64,000 nucleotides of DNA from Clostridia bacterium. Its GTDB lineage: Bacteria > Bacillota > Clostridia > Oscillospirales > CAG-272. Made by a program: the position numbers and the translations under genes. The first letter of the stretch is position 1. The number at the start of each line of letters is the position of its first letter. The stretch spans positions 7,586 to 71,585 of the forward strand of contig JAFVRG010000001.1 in assembly GCA_017504405.1 (NCBI GenBank). The letters run 5' to 3'. Of the stretch, positions 15,620-26,000 are shown piece after piece. The notes beneath the pieces were generated by a model, which saw nothing but the letters and a program-made list of their open reading frames with translations, was not told the DNA's origin and made no database searches.

Positions 15620-18352
15620 ATGAAAAAGAAAATCCTAAGTTTACTACTCATACTTGCAACAGTAGCGGCGCTACTGCCCGCAATTGCTCTCGTTTCCTTT
15701 GCGTCGGGAGATGAATACACTCCCGATTATGAGGACTATGAGAGCCTGTGGGTGCAGGACGGCTTGTCATCCTTTGTCGATATGACGAATATGACAGGTA
15801 CCGACGATGCCCGTCTCGTTACGGTTGACGGTTCAACCTACGTGCAGATTAAGGACGGAGCAAACGCAGGTAAGTATTATCTTCTTGCAGGCGAGGCTTC
15901 CGTAAAGGACGGCAAGCTGCATCTTTCCACCGCAGAGGATCCCTCAGCAGCAGGCGAGTGGTACAAGTCAGAGGGAGTTATGTTTGGAAACGTATATAGC
16001 TATGACGGCTCCGCCATGACTGCTGGAACTGACGCATCGGTTGTCAGAAACGAGGCGAAAAACAACGCCTACACCGTTGACTACAATGCTTACGTTGCCG
16101 GAATTACATACGCAGACGGAACAGACGCAGGAATAAATATATTCTCCAAGCTGATTTCAGGCCCTTACAGCATCGGTTGCTTTAACTACTTCCCGTCGAA
16201 CACAGGAATTAATTTCTGTTGGAGCTTTGGTAATAGAACTACGGCAATCGACAGAAATGTATTTTTCAGCACTAATATCGTCTATGACGGCAGAATTGTT
16301 CTCAGAGATAACAACGATGCAAAGAAAACCCAGGGCGATTCATACCATATGGCACTGACAGTAGGCTTTGACGAGAGTGCCGGAACAGCATCCTTCATGC
16401 CGGTAACCAACGGAGCTGTCAGCAGCTTCTCATGGAGTGCGCTTGCTGCGAGTGAGCTCAACAACACGAGAATGTCGGCATCAGCTTCCAATCTCCTGCT
16501 GTCCTCGACATCACAGGAATTCCATTTTATTCGTGTTTATAACCGTGCCCTCACCCGTGAAGAGGTTGCTAAAAACCACTTTGCCGACCTTGTTTATTAC
16601 TACGGCGTTGACCTGAGAAGCTACGACCTCTCAGCTATGAGTGAGGATTTCTATAACAGCTTCACAAAATACGATATTGGTTCTACCGACAAGGAAGCTC
16701 TTGCAAAGACGGTAAGAGATGAATACTATAAGGAGCAAAATCTCGACCTCTATTACGATGACGGTCATTTGATGGCGTTTGTTGACGTAACCGACAACGA
16801 TAACAACAATCTGGTCAGAATTTCCCCCGTAAACGACAGCACCGCCGCAGGCTACCACAACTACATAAAGATAATTGACGGAGACCTCGCAGGCAAGTAC
16901 TATATGACGGGTGTATCGAGCAACATTCAGACAACGAGTCTTCAGGGCATAGTTGCCGCAAGCTCAAACATATCCCACGGAAAATCAACCTACAAAATTC
17001 ACGTAGGAACGAGCTTTGAAGAGAGCGTTATCTTTACCAACACGGGAGCTATCGGCGCACTTGACGGTTATATGAATCCCGCAAGCTCCGAGGGCTTCAC
17101 AATAGAGGCGGCAACCAAATTTATAACCTCTATTCATAGTGGCGTTGCATTCGCAACCATGATGTTCAATGCGAGCAAGTCCTCAGACAATCATTTGGCA
17201 GGAATTGCAAACAGACACAGTGGCTCGGCATCGGCTCTCATTATGGGCACTTACGGCAGTGTTGAGGCTCAGTCCGGTATGGGCACAATTGGCGACGACC
17301 TCTCGGCAACAGTTGCTTCACACGTAAGGTATGATGATTTTACCGATTACAACGCAATCCGCAGTGCAATCGCCCTCACGCCTAAAAATGATGCTAACGC
17401 AAATTCGGGATTTGTAAAAATAGCAGAAAGCAGTGCGGCGGCTGCAACCTGGAACACTCTCACCAATATCGGCGAAAATGACGACATTGTTGTAAATGCG
17501 GCAGGCCACAGCTACTACTATATAAGAACCTATGACTGCGAGCTCTCCGAGGCGCAGATGAAGCAGAATCTGCTCGCAGATATTGCACGTTATAACGCAA
17601 TGGATATGAGCGATTTCCGAGGTCTCTCCGATGCTGAAAAGGCTGTTGTTTACGACACGGCTCTTGCATACGGAGTTGGCGATGCAGGAGCAAAAGAGGC
17701 AATCGAGGCAAAAATTGCTGAGGTTGCATCGCAGAAAGACGCAGTTGAGGCAGCGGCTACTGAGGCACTCACCTTTGTGGGCTATCAGGCAAGGCTGCAC
17801 GGCAACGTCGGCGTAAGAAGCGTATTCAACCTCGATACGACGAAGCTTGGCGATTTTGAGCTTGTAGCATACGGCGCTATGGTCGGTATGGCTAAGACGG
17901 GCACAGATTTTGATACCTATACGGTAAATTACGACGGCGAGAATATCACGTCGGCAAATGCAGCAGTAATCAGCTCACTCGACAGTGGCTTCAAGACGTT
18001 TGGTACGGCAGAAAAGGCGCACATCCTCAAAAAGAGCGAGGGACTTGATAACTACTATATGTTTGCGTACACCGTTGATTACATAAACGGCTCGATAGAC
18101 GAGAACGGAGCAATAGACGGTCAGTCGTACATAGAAGCAAACAAGGATACCGAAATGTTCTTCCGTGCATTTGTAATTGTTGAAGCAAACGGCATTTACT
18201 ATACGGTTTACGCTGACGGAGCGAGCGAAAGCTATGACAGCACCAGTGTTTCTCTTACCGAGATTTCCGAATACTACAAGGCGTACAACGAAGGCGAATT
18301 TGCCGACAATGTATGTATAAAGGCCGTCGTTGGCAACAGCGACGAGGAATAA
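15620..18352 (+). CDS. Secreted 910-aa protein with two LamG/ConA-like modules and a conserved C-terminal domain (family member A)
   Basis: Signal peptide MKKKILSLLLILATVAALLPAIALVSFASG. Modules end in FIRVYNRALTREEVAKNHFADLVYYYG (about 16521-16605) and YIRTYDCELSEAQMKQNLLADIARYN (about 17531-17615). These match the terminal strand of Laminin_G_3-type domains (vRiYnraLs.eEi). The C-terminal domain FVGYQARLHGNVGVRSVF...EMFFRAFVIVE is shared with the next two large genes. Confidence 0.75.
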   Translation: MKKKILSLLLILATVAALLPAIALVSFASGDEYTPDYEDYESLWVQDGLSSFVDMTNMTGTDDARLVTVDGSTYVQIKDGANAGKYYLLAGEASVKDGKLHLSTAEDPSAAGEWYKSEGVMFGNVYSYDGSAMTAGTDASVVRNEAKNNAYTVDYNAYVAGITYADGTDAGINIFSKLISGPYSIGCFNYFPSNTGINFCWSFGNRTTAIDRNVFFSTNIVYDGRIVLRDNNDAKKTQGDSYHMALTVGFDESAGTASFMPVTNGAVSSFSWSALAASELNNTRMSASASNLLLSSTSQEFHFIRVYNRALTREEVAKNHFADLVYYYGVDLRSYDLSAMSEDFYNSFTKYDIGSTDKEALAKTVRDEYYKEQNLDLYYDDGHLMAFVDVTDNDNNNLVRISPVNDSTAAGYHNYIKIIDGDLAGKYYMTGVSSNIQTTSLQGIVAASSNISHGKSTYKIHVGTSFEESVIFTNTGAIGALDGYMNPASSEGFTIEAATKFITSIHSGVAFATMMFNASKSSDNHLAGIANRHSGSASALIMGTYGSVEAQSGMGTIGDDLSATVASHVRYDDFTDYNAIRSAIALTPKNDANANSGFVKIAESSAAAATWNTLTNIGENDDIVVNAAGHSYYYIRTYDCELSEAQMKQNLLADIARYNAMDMSDFRGLSDAEKAVVYDTALAYGVGDAGAKEAIEAKIAEVASQKDAVEAAATEALTFVGYQARLHGNVGVRSVFNLDTTKLGDFELVAYGAMVGMAKTGTDFDTYTVNYDGENITSANAAVISSLDSGFKTFGTAEKAHILKKSEGLDNYYMFAYTVDYINGSIDENGAIDGQSYIEANKDTEMFFRAFVIVEANGIYYTVYADGASESYDSTSVSLTEISEYYKAYNEGEFADNVCIKAVVGNSDEE

Positions 18353-18368
18353 AAGGAGAGTGAACAGA

Positions 18369-18506
18369 ATGAAGAAATATAATAAGCCCACATTCCAAAT
18401 CATAAAGGTCAAGGCGGAGGAGTTTATAACCCTCTCGATTAACAGTCAGGGTAACAACGACAATACCGTAGGTATTTGGGAATTGCCAATGGATTGGGAT
18501 CTGTAA
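18369..18506 (+). CDS. Unannotated 45-aa peptide gene, copy 1 (MKKYNKPTFQIIKVKAEEFITLSINSQGNNDNTVGIWELPMDWDL)
   Basis: The SD AAGGAGAG lies 8 nt upstream of the ATG. A paralogue sits at 22648-22785. By my count the two differ at 11 synonymous and 6 nonsynonymous codons. The ORF is below the track's size cutoff. Confidence 0.65.
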   Translation: MKKYNKPTFQIIKVKAEEFITLSINSQGNNDNTVGIWELPMDWDL

Positions 18507-18559
18507 TATAGAAATTTAACAACAAAAATATTCAAACACATTTGAAGGGAGTTTAATAT

Positions 18560-21500
18560 ATGAAGAAGAAAATTTTAAGCTTATTTCTCGTTCTTGCAAC
18601 GGTTGTGACGCTTTTGCCCGCAATGGCAGTCGTTTCCTTTGCAAACGATGAGGAATATGTACCTACCTACGAGGACTACAAGGACCTATGGTACGACGAC
18701 GGACACCTCGTTGCCTTTGTTGACGCAACAGACCTCTCAAACCTTGTAATCAACAAGGCGACGGATAACTCAACCGCATCGGGAATTCACAACTACATTA
18801 AAATCACGGGCGGTAAACTCGCAGGCGAGTACTATATGATAACCAACGAGAAGGGCTCGTTGACCGCACAGGGCGGTCTGCCCGCAATTACTGCGAGCCA
18901 GACCTCAAAATCCACGTGGTCCTCAAGCTCCGATTACAAAATCCATATCGGAAACAGCTTCGCAGCAAACGAGATTGCGGGCGAAACCGCTATCGGTGCG
19001 CTTGAGGGTGTATTCAATCCCGGCACCTCAGAAGGCTTTGCAATAGATGCCTCTATCAAATTTAATTCTGCCTCATCTGCAAATGCCGGATACTACGCAT
19101 CGATAATAAACGGCACAAGCTTAGGTATTTCGGGAATGGTTTACAGCCATACTTCCCCCTCGAAGCTTTTCATTGGAAAATACGGGGCGTTGCCTCTTTC
19201 TAAAACCGCTGAAACAGCATACGGAACAGATGCGAGCGTTACCGTGGTTTCAATGGTTGCGTATGACGAATACAGCGGAACTAAGGTCACAGGAAACGCT
19301 TCCCGTAACGCCCTTATGCTTACCAAGGACGGCACAATCTCTTGTGTGATCGCAGATAACAGCAACCCTAACTATCAGTATCATACGATAGGCACCATTA
19401 ACGAGGGCGACGATATATGGGCGCAGGGCTACGGCTTTGACTACCGCTATATCAGAATTTACGACTGTGCTGTTGACGAAGAAATCATAAGACAGAACTA
19501 TTTTGCAGATATGGCGTATTTCAACGGCTTTGATGTTACGGGCTTCACAGAGCTTCCTCAAAGCACCAAGAGTATTATAATTAATGAAGCAATGGCTCAC
19601 GCAATTGATGAAGAGGGCCTTAAAGAAATCTTTGACACGCTCATTGCAGACGCCGTCACAGAGTATAAGACATCCTACGACTACTACGCATCAAAGCATC
19701 TTTGGTACGACGACGATCATCACCTGATTGCATTCCTCGACCTCGACAACATTCCTGAAAGCGAGGTTGGTCACTCCGCTTATTCTGCATACGCTACCGG
19801 AACGAGCAAGGGCGTTGATGAAAACGTCCACAGGCTCGTATACTACTACGGTGAAACAACCGATTCGGTGGTCGTTCAGAACGGAGCAAAAAGCCGTCGC
19901 TTTACATATGCAAAAATCATCGGCGGAGAAAACGCAGGCAAATGGTATATGCTCCAATCTCTCGGCAATGACCGTACGTTCGGAGAGCTTTCCGAGGCAG
20001 GAACGATTACCGAGGACTCTATGCTCGAGCAGATGATAGGATGCCAAGTCTCCGGTAAAAACGGTGGATATAAGATTCATATCGGATACGCCTTCACCAC
20101 CACCGACGTAACGAGCGGAGTTGCGCTCGACACTGTCCCGCTTGACAATATGTTCAAGCCTGATTCCGAGGCAGACAACGCATACACCGTCGAAACCGTA
20201 CGAACCCGTGATATTTTTACGGGTACCTTTACAACCTCATTCGCCTACGGTTCTCTTGTCAACAGGTTCATACACAGAAATGGCTCAGACGCAGCGGGAT
20301 ATATATCCTACAACTACGATGGAAACCCTTGGACGGGTGCTGTTCTCGGAGATAACTCCGCCCACCTTGCGGATATACTCACCTATACCTCCTGCGTTGA
20401 CAATGCAGCAGGAAACGGAACGAAGGATATAACCGCTATCCGCTCGGGAATGATGGTGTCAAATACAGGAACGGTTTACACCACAAAGAATGATTCATCC
20501 TTAACCCCCGTAGCTCCCAATGCCACAAATGCACCCGCACTCTACTCCGCACAGGCTATTGACGGTATGATGGCAGGCTTTAACAACGGAAGCAATTTCT
20601 ACATATATGCAGAGCAGTCTGCTGTTAAGTATGTCAGAATTTACGACGTAGCCTTGACACAGGAGCAGTATTTGCAGAACCACTTCGCTGACCTCTGCTA
20701 TCACTACGGTCTCAACATAGACGGCTACTTGAAGCTCGGCGACAGCAAGCTCGGCGACAGCTATAAAAACAAGCTCATTTCGGCATTTGCCTCCTATTCG
20801 ATAGGAATAGACGGAACGAAGGAAGCTTTGCAGACAATGCTCGACGAGAAGGCGCAGGAATACCTCTCCTCGTACGATTACTACGCGGAAAACGGACTAT
20901 GGTACGACGACGGTCACCTCATTGCATTCATCGACGTAGACAATCTTTCCGCTGACCAGATAGGCTTTACACGTATCGAAAACGGATCTGCTTCTCAGCT
21001 TGACGAGAACGACCGCTTTGCATTCTATCAGGGACAGACCACCGACGCTACAATAACCCAGAACGCTGGTAATACCCGTTACTTTGCGTACTTTAAGTCA
21101 ATAGGCGGACAGAGCGCAGGCAAGTGGTATATGGTTCATTCCACCCACCCAAGCGGACAGGTGACTCACTCCTTTGGAACAGGTCTTAGAGACGGAATCT
21201 ACACGGCTGATAACCTGCTCGAACAGTTCAACACCACAAACAACGGTTTATACACCGTACATTTGGGCTACGCATTCTCAACCGATGAGATTTTGGCAAC
21301 GGGAACCGATCTGACCAAAACAACTCTTCATACAATGTTTGTTCCCAACGGACAGGCAAACAATAAATTTACCGTAGAGGAAATGTCTGATATATATCTG
21401 CCGGTAGCCGATACTCGAGTCGGCTCATCCGCACTGAAGGTTCTCGGCAAGGAAGCAACCAGATACTTTACAGCCAGCCAGTCCACCTATTCCAGCGGCA

Positions 21501-22630
21501 CGAACAAATGGTCGGGTATTGGAGCAAACAACAACAATGCTTCTAACTTCATAACCGAGGAAGGCAAAAACAATATTCTTCATGCGGCTCACATAGTTGA
21601 ATACCTTTCTTACGAGAACAGCATTCTCTCCGCAAACCGCATGGCTACTATATATAACCCCACCACAAATAAGCTCGTGCATGAAGTAAACTCTGAGGCA
21701 AACCGTTATACGTCATCAGCCATTACGTTCGATGCGGCTACTGCATATAGCGCAGATTTCTCCATTGGCATTCAGTACCGTACTCTTAACTATCTGCGTT
21801 TGTATGACACAAGCCTTACCGATGCTCAGTTTAAGCAGAATCACTTTGCCGACATAGTATACATGCACAAGATGGATATTTCCGAGTTTGCAACCCTGTC
21901 TGATGTCGAGAAGCTTGGAATTTACGAATTTGCATCCTCGCTGGAAGCAAATGACGAGGGCGTAGTAGATCTTATCAACGCACAAATAAAGAAGACCATT
22001 GCAAACCGCAAGGCAGCAACCGCAGCAGCTCTTTCCGCTATGTCCTTCGTAGGCTATCAGGCAAGACTGCACACCAACGTCGGTGTAAGAAGCGTATTTA
22101 AGGTTAATACCAACGCTATCTCGCAGTATACTGTAAAGGCGTACGGAGCGCTCGTAGGCTTCGCAAAGAACAACTCCACGTTCTCAGATTTCACCGTTTC
22201 CTTTGACGGCGAAAAAGTAACGTCCAAAAATGCATCGGTAACAGCATCCGTTGATGCAAGCTTCAAGACCATTGAGGGAGCAGAGAAAGAATTTATACTC
22301 GGAAAGGGAAATGATTCCACTCTGTTTGCATACACGGTTGACTTCATCGAAAACGGAACCATCGCAAAGGACGGAACGTTTGTAGAGGGCGAAGGCTTTG
22401 AAAATCACATAGCCGACAGTAAGGATACCGAAATGTTCTTCCGTGCATTTATAATCCTTGAATATGAGGGCTGCTACCATGTGGCTTACGTTGACGGTGC
22501 AAGCAAAAACTATGATAATACCAGCGTATCTCTCGCCGAAATTTCCAATTACTACAATACATACAATAACGGCGAATTTGCCAATAACGTATGTATAAAG
22601 GCTGTTGTTGGAAACAATGACGAGGAATAA
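18560..22630 (+). CDS. Secreted 1356-aa protein with three LamG/ConA-like modules and the conserved C-terminal domain (family member B)
   Basis: Signal peptide MKKKILSLFLVLATVVTLLPAMAVVSFA. Modules start with LWYDDGHL(V/I)AF(V/I/L)D and end with YIRIYDCAVDEEIIRQNYFADMAYFNG, YVRIYDVALTQEQYLQNHFADLCYHYG and YLRLYDTSLTDAQFKQNHFADIVYMHK. Confidence 0.75.
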   Translation: MKKKILSLFLVLATVVTLLPAMAVVSFANDEEYVPTYEDYKDLWYDDGHLVAFVDATDLSNLVINKATDNSTASGIHNYIKITGGKLAGEYYMITNEKGSLTAQGGLPAITASQTSKSTWSSSSDYKIHIGNSFAANEIAGETAIGALEGVFNPGTSEGFAIDASIKFNSASSANAGYYASIINGTSLGISGMVYSHTSPSKLFIGKYGALPLSKTAETAYGTDASVTVVSMVAYDEYSGTKVTGNASRNALMLTKDGTISCVIADNSNPNYQYHTIGTINEGDDIWAQGYGFDYRYIRIYDCAVDEEIIRQNYFADMAYFNGFDVTGFTELPQSTKSIIINEAMAHAIDEEGLKEIFDTLIADAVTEYKTSYDYYASKHLWYDDDHHLIAFLDLDNIPESEVGHSAYSAYATGTSKGVDENVHRLVYYYGETTDSVVVQNGAKSRRFTYAKIIGGENAGKWYMLQSLGNDRTFGELSEAGTITEDSMLEQMIGCQVSGKNGGYKIHIGYAFTTTDVTSGVALDTVPLDNMFKPDSEADNAYTVETVRTRDIFTGTFTTSFAYGSLVNRFIHRNGSDAAGYISYNYDGNPWTGAVLGDNSAHLADILTYTSCVDNAAGNGTKDITAIRSGMMVSNTGTVYTTKNDSSLTPVAPNATNAPALYSAQAIDGMMAGFNNGSNFYIYAEQSAVKYVRIYDVALTQEQYLQNHFADLCYHYGLNIDGYLKLGDSKLGDSYKNKLISAFASYSIGIDGTKEALQTMLDEKAQEYLSSYDYYAENGLWYDDGHLIAFIDVDNLSADQIGFTRIENGSASQLDENDRFAFYQGQTTDATITQNAGNTRYFAYFKSIGGQSAGKWYMVHSTHPSGQVTHSFGTGLRDGIYTADNLLEQFNTTNNGLYTVHLGYAFSTDEILATGTDLTKTTLHTMFVPNGQANNKFTVEEMSDIYLPVADTRVGSSALKVLGKEATRYFTASQSTYSSGTNKWSGIGANNNNASNFITEEGKNNILHAAHIVEYLSYENSILSANRMATIYNPTTNKLVHEVNSEANRYTSSAITFDAATAYSADFSIGIQYRTLNYLRLYDTSLTDAQFKQNHFADIVYMHKMDISEFATLSDVEKLGIYEFASSLEANDEGVVDLINAQIKKTIANRKAATAAALSAMSFVGYQARLHTNVGVRSVFKVNTNAISQYTVKAYGALVGFAKNNSTFSDFTVSFDGEKVTSKNASVTASVDASFKTIEGAEKEFILGKGNDSTLFAYTVDFIENGTIAKDGTFVEGEGFENHIADSKDTEMFFRAFIILEYEGCYHVAYVDGASKNYDNTSVSLAEISNYYNTYNNGEFANNVCIKAVVGNNDEE

Positions 22631-22647
22631 TGAAGGAGGGTAAATAA

Positions 22648-22785
22648 ATGAAAAAGTACGAAAAACCCACGGCTGAAATCGTAAAGATTAAGGCAGAGGA
22701 ATTTATAACCCTCTCGATAAACAGTCAGGGTAACAACGACAATACCGTAGGTATTTGGGAATTGCCCATGAATTGGGACCTTTAA
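22648..22785 (+). CDS. Unannotated 45-aa peptide gene, copy 2 (MKKYEKPTAEIVKIKAEEFITLSINSQGNNDNTVGIWELPMNWDL)
   Basis: The SD GAAGGAGGG lies 8 nt upstream of the ATG at 22648. It occupies the same position relative to its LamG gene as copy 1, but the frame offset to the upstream stop differs. That argues against a read-through or frameshift extension. Confidence 0.65.
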   Translation: MKKYEKPTAEIVKIKAEEFITLSINSQGNNDNTVGIWELPMNWDL

Positions 22786-22820
22786 TAGCGTTAACGGCAC
22801 ACGCTAATTCTAAACCAACA

Positions 22821-22850
22821 AAAGCTCCGAGCAATCGGAGCTTTTTCCTT
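22821..22850 (+). terminator. Intrinsic terminator after peptide gene 2
   Basis: aaagctccga-gcaa-tcggagcttt followed by a T-rich tail. Confidence 0.55.
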
Positions 22851-23014
22851 TATTTATATTTTCCGTACAATTCCTCAAAAACAACAATATGTCAAGTCTA
22901 CCAAACAATTTGATATTGTTATTATTGTTGTACTATGTTATATTATACTTAAGATATTATGCCCTCGCATTAATTTGTGTGCATATTGTCAAAAACCAAA
23001 GTGAGGTAACAGTA

Positions 23015-26000
23015 ATGAAAAGAAAAGTATTAAGCCTGTTTCTCGTACTCGCTACGGTGATTTGCGCCCTACCTGCGCTCTCACTCGTGTCCCTTGCATC
23101 GGAGCCTATCGAGAAAAACTACGACTACTACAAGGATTTGTGGTACGACGAGGGACATCTCGTTGCCTTTGTTGACGCAACAGACCTCTCAAACCTTGTA
23201 ATCAACAAGGCGCAGGATAACTCAACCGCATCGGGAATTCACAACTACATTAAAATCACGGGCGGCAAACTCGCAGGCGAGTACTATATGATAACCAACG
23301 AGAAGGGCTCGTTGACCGCACAGGGCGGTCTGCCCGCAATTACTGCGAGCCAGACCTCAAAACCCACGTGGTCCTCAAGCTCCGATTACAAAATCCATAT
23401 CGGAAACAGCTTCGCAGCAAACGAGATTGCGGGCGAAACCGCTATCGGTGCGCTTGAGGGTGTATTCAATCCCGAAGCTTCGAGCATAGCTTCAATAGAA
23501 GCTGCTATCAAATTCAATTCTGCATCATCTGCAAATGCCGGATATTATGCCTCGGTAATCAACAGCACAAACGAGGGTATTTCGGGAGCGGTTTACAATC
23601 ACGATAGCACTGCATCGAAGGTTTTTGTAGGAAAATACGGAGCCCTCAAAGGAAGCAAAACAACAACCGGAGCTATCGGTAAGGATGCAGGGGTAGTGCT
23701 CCTCTCTACCCTTACCTTCGGCGAATACAGCGGAACTCAGGTCACGGGAAATGCCGTTCGTGAGGCGCTTATGATGGATGTGTCGGGCATTACCTCTTAC
23801 TTCATGGAGGCAAACAAGAACCCCAATTATCAGTATCATACGATAGGCACCATTAACGAGGGCGACGATATATGGGCTCAGGGCTACGGCTTTGACTATC
23901 AGTACATACGCATTTACGATTGTACAATAGACGAGGCAACACTGAAAAAAAATCACTTTGCTGACCTCTGCTACTACTACAAGCTTGACGTTGACAATGA
24001 CGTCGTTAAGTATTATGGTGCAAATTTCTACGATAGGTTTGCGAAGATGGAGATAGGAAAGCTCTCGGCGGGTGAAGTTGAGATGATTCAGACCCTGATC
24101 GAAGATCCCGACGCAGATTTCTCAGAGCCGATAGAGTTTGTTCACGACGAAAATTATGACAAGCACGCATTTTTGTGGTATGACAACGACCATCTCGTTT
24201 CGTTTGTCGATATGAGCAATCTAAACACAGCAGGCGCTGTTGCGACCGTCGGCTCATCGACCTCCGAGCAGATTGACGCTGCCCGAGTTGTGATAGGCAG
24301 CTCGGTAACCGCTACCTCTAACGGAACTCACTCATATGCAAAGATAATCGGCGGCAAAAATGCGGGATACTACTACATGCTCGGCGCAGATGCCGATTCC
24401 AACATGCTCAGCGTAACCTCGGACGGATACCTCGACTTTGATGCTACCTTTGCTATTTGGGGCTCTAACAATGCAGGTATTTATACTCAATACCTCTTCC
24501 CAAGGAGCTCGGTTGATGCTACCTTCGGCGGAATCTCCAACCTCGGAGCCCAGGTAAAGTCGGTTGTACGAGATTCCATGTTCGACCCCACCGCTATTCA
24601 GCTGTACGACAAATCCTACGGTACATACACCCTCAATGAGGTTATGGTTGTAGATACAAATACCTACTACACCAGCGGATATGCAAGATGGCTGGCAAAG
24701 GGAGGCGAAGCTGACGCTTACTCCATGGATAACAAACCCGGAAGCTTCAAGAACATTTTGTTCACGTCCGCAGCAAATATGGGAGTTCTTTATAACAAAT
24801 CAAATTCTACCGACATAACCGCTATCGGCACAGGTGTACAGACCTCAAAGGGAGCGTTTGTTTACGCAGATAATAGGGAGATTACAAACGGAGATGCGCT
24901 CACTCTAACCTACACCGTGACCTTCCAGTCACCGACGTTTTTCAAAACCGATGTCACTGCAATCACTGAAAAAGCAACTAAGATATTAAAGGTAAACCTC
25001 GGCAAGTGCAACGGATATACGTACAAAGATGACATAAGGGACCGTTTGGTTGTCAGCGGTTACAAAATGGCATACATCAGACTCTATGACTGCAAGCTTA
25101 CCGATGCGCAGATTATGCAGAACCATTTCGCAGACCTCTGCTACTACTACAACCTTCTCACCGACGAACAGCTCGAATTTCTCCGTACAAAGGGCGGATA
25201 TGTTCTGACCGATGAATTTTACAGCGAGTTTGTTAAGTTCAATATAGGCTCCTGCGATGAAAACAAAATAAACAGTATGAAGGCTCTCATAGTTGCAGCA
25301 ATTGACCGAGCAAATGCGGCAGAATCCAATGCTATCGCTGAGAAAATTTCAGGCGAGTTCGGCATTTTCGCACAAATATCAGTGAGCAAGGCTGCGGCAG
25401 ATAGCATATATAACAGCTATGATGCAACCCTCTCTCACGTAAAGAGCGTGCTCGACAGCGCTGAGGCAGAGGTAAAAACCACGAGCGATGCCGAGAAGCG
25501 TGAGTTTATCAACGAGCAGAGGGTCATTATAGAAAATGTGTATATTGAAATGCTTAATCTCAAGCGCTCTATGAAGTCCTACTATCTCAATGCCGAGGAT
25601 GCTTTTAATGCAATCAAAAATATCAACAGCAACGCCTCTGCTATGCAAAAGGACGACTTGCTGATGGCGCTCACTGTATGCAAGGCGGCGGCTGCATTTG
25701 CCGACGAGAGATATTTGCAGGTTGCGTTCTTCCGGGCTCTTATCGATACCCTGAAGGCAAAGGCCGACGATGCAGAAATAACCTACCGTGCAGTTGATGC
25801 AATTGTTTCAACCAACGTTAATGACTTTATAAAATTTGCGGGATATCAGGTTCGTGTCACCGACTATGTTGCTATCCGTGCGCTATTTGTATGCGACGAG
25901 ACTGCGATAGAGGCAGGCTACACTTATGGACAGAATACGTACGACATCGTATCCTACGGAATACTCTGTTTCAAAAAGGGAGAAGAGGCATCGGTATCCT

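Noticed and set aside
18350-18371. The 45-codon ORFs as C-terminal extensions of the LamG proteins through stop-codon read-through or programmed frameshifting.
   Set aside because: The frame offset between the LamG stop and the peptide ATG is +1 at the first locus and +2 at the second. Each peptide ORF has its own SD at canonical distance, and no slippery sequence is visible.
22882-22929. Inverted repeat caacaatat ... atattgttattattgttg upstream of LamG gene C, as a possible invertible phase-variation switch.
   Set aside because: The arms are only 8-9 bp of low-complexity A/T-rich sequence. No recombinase gene is nearby and there is no matching arrangement at the other LamG genes. It is probably chance.
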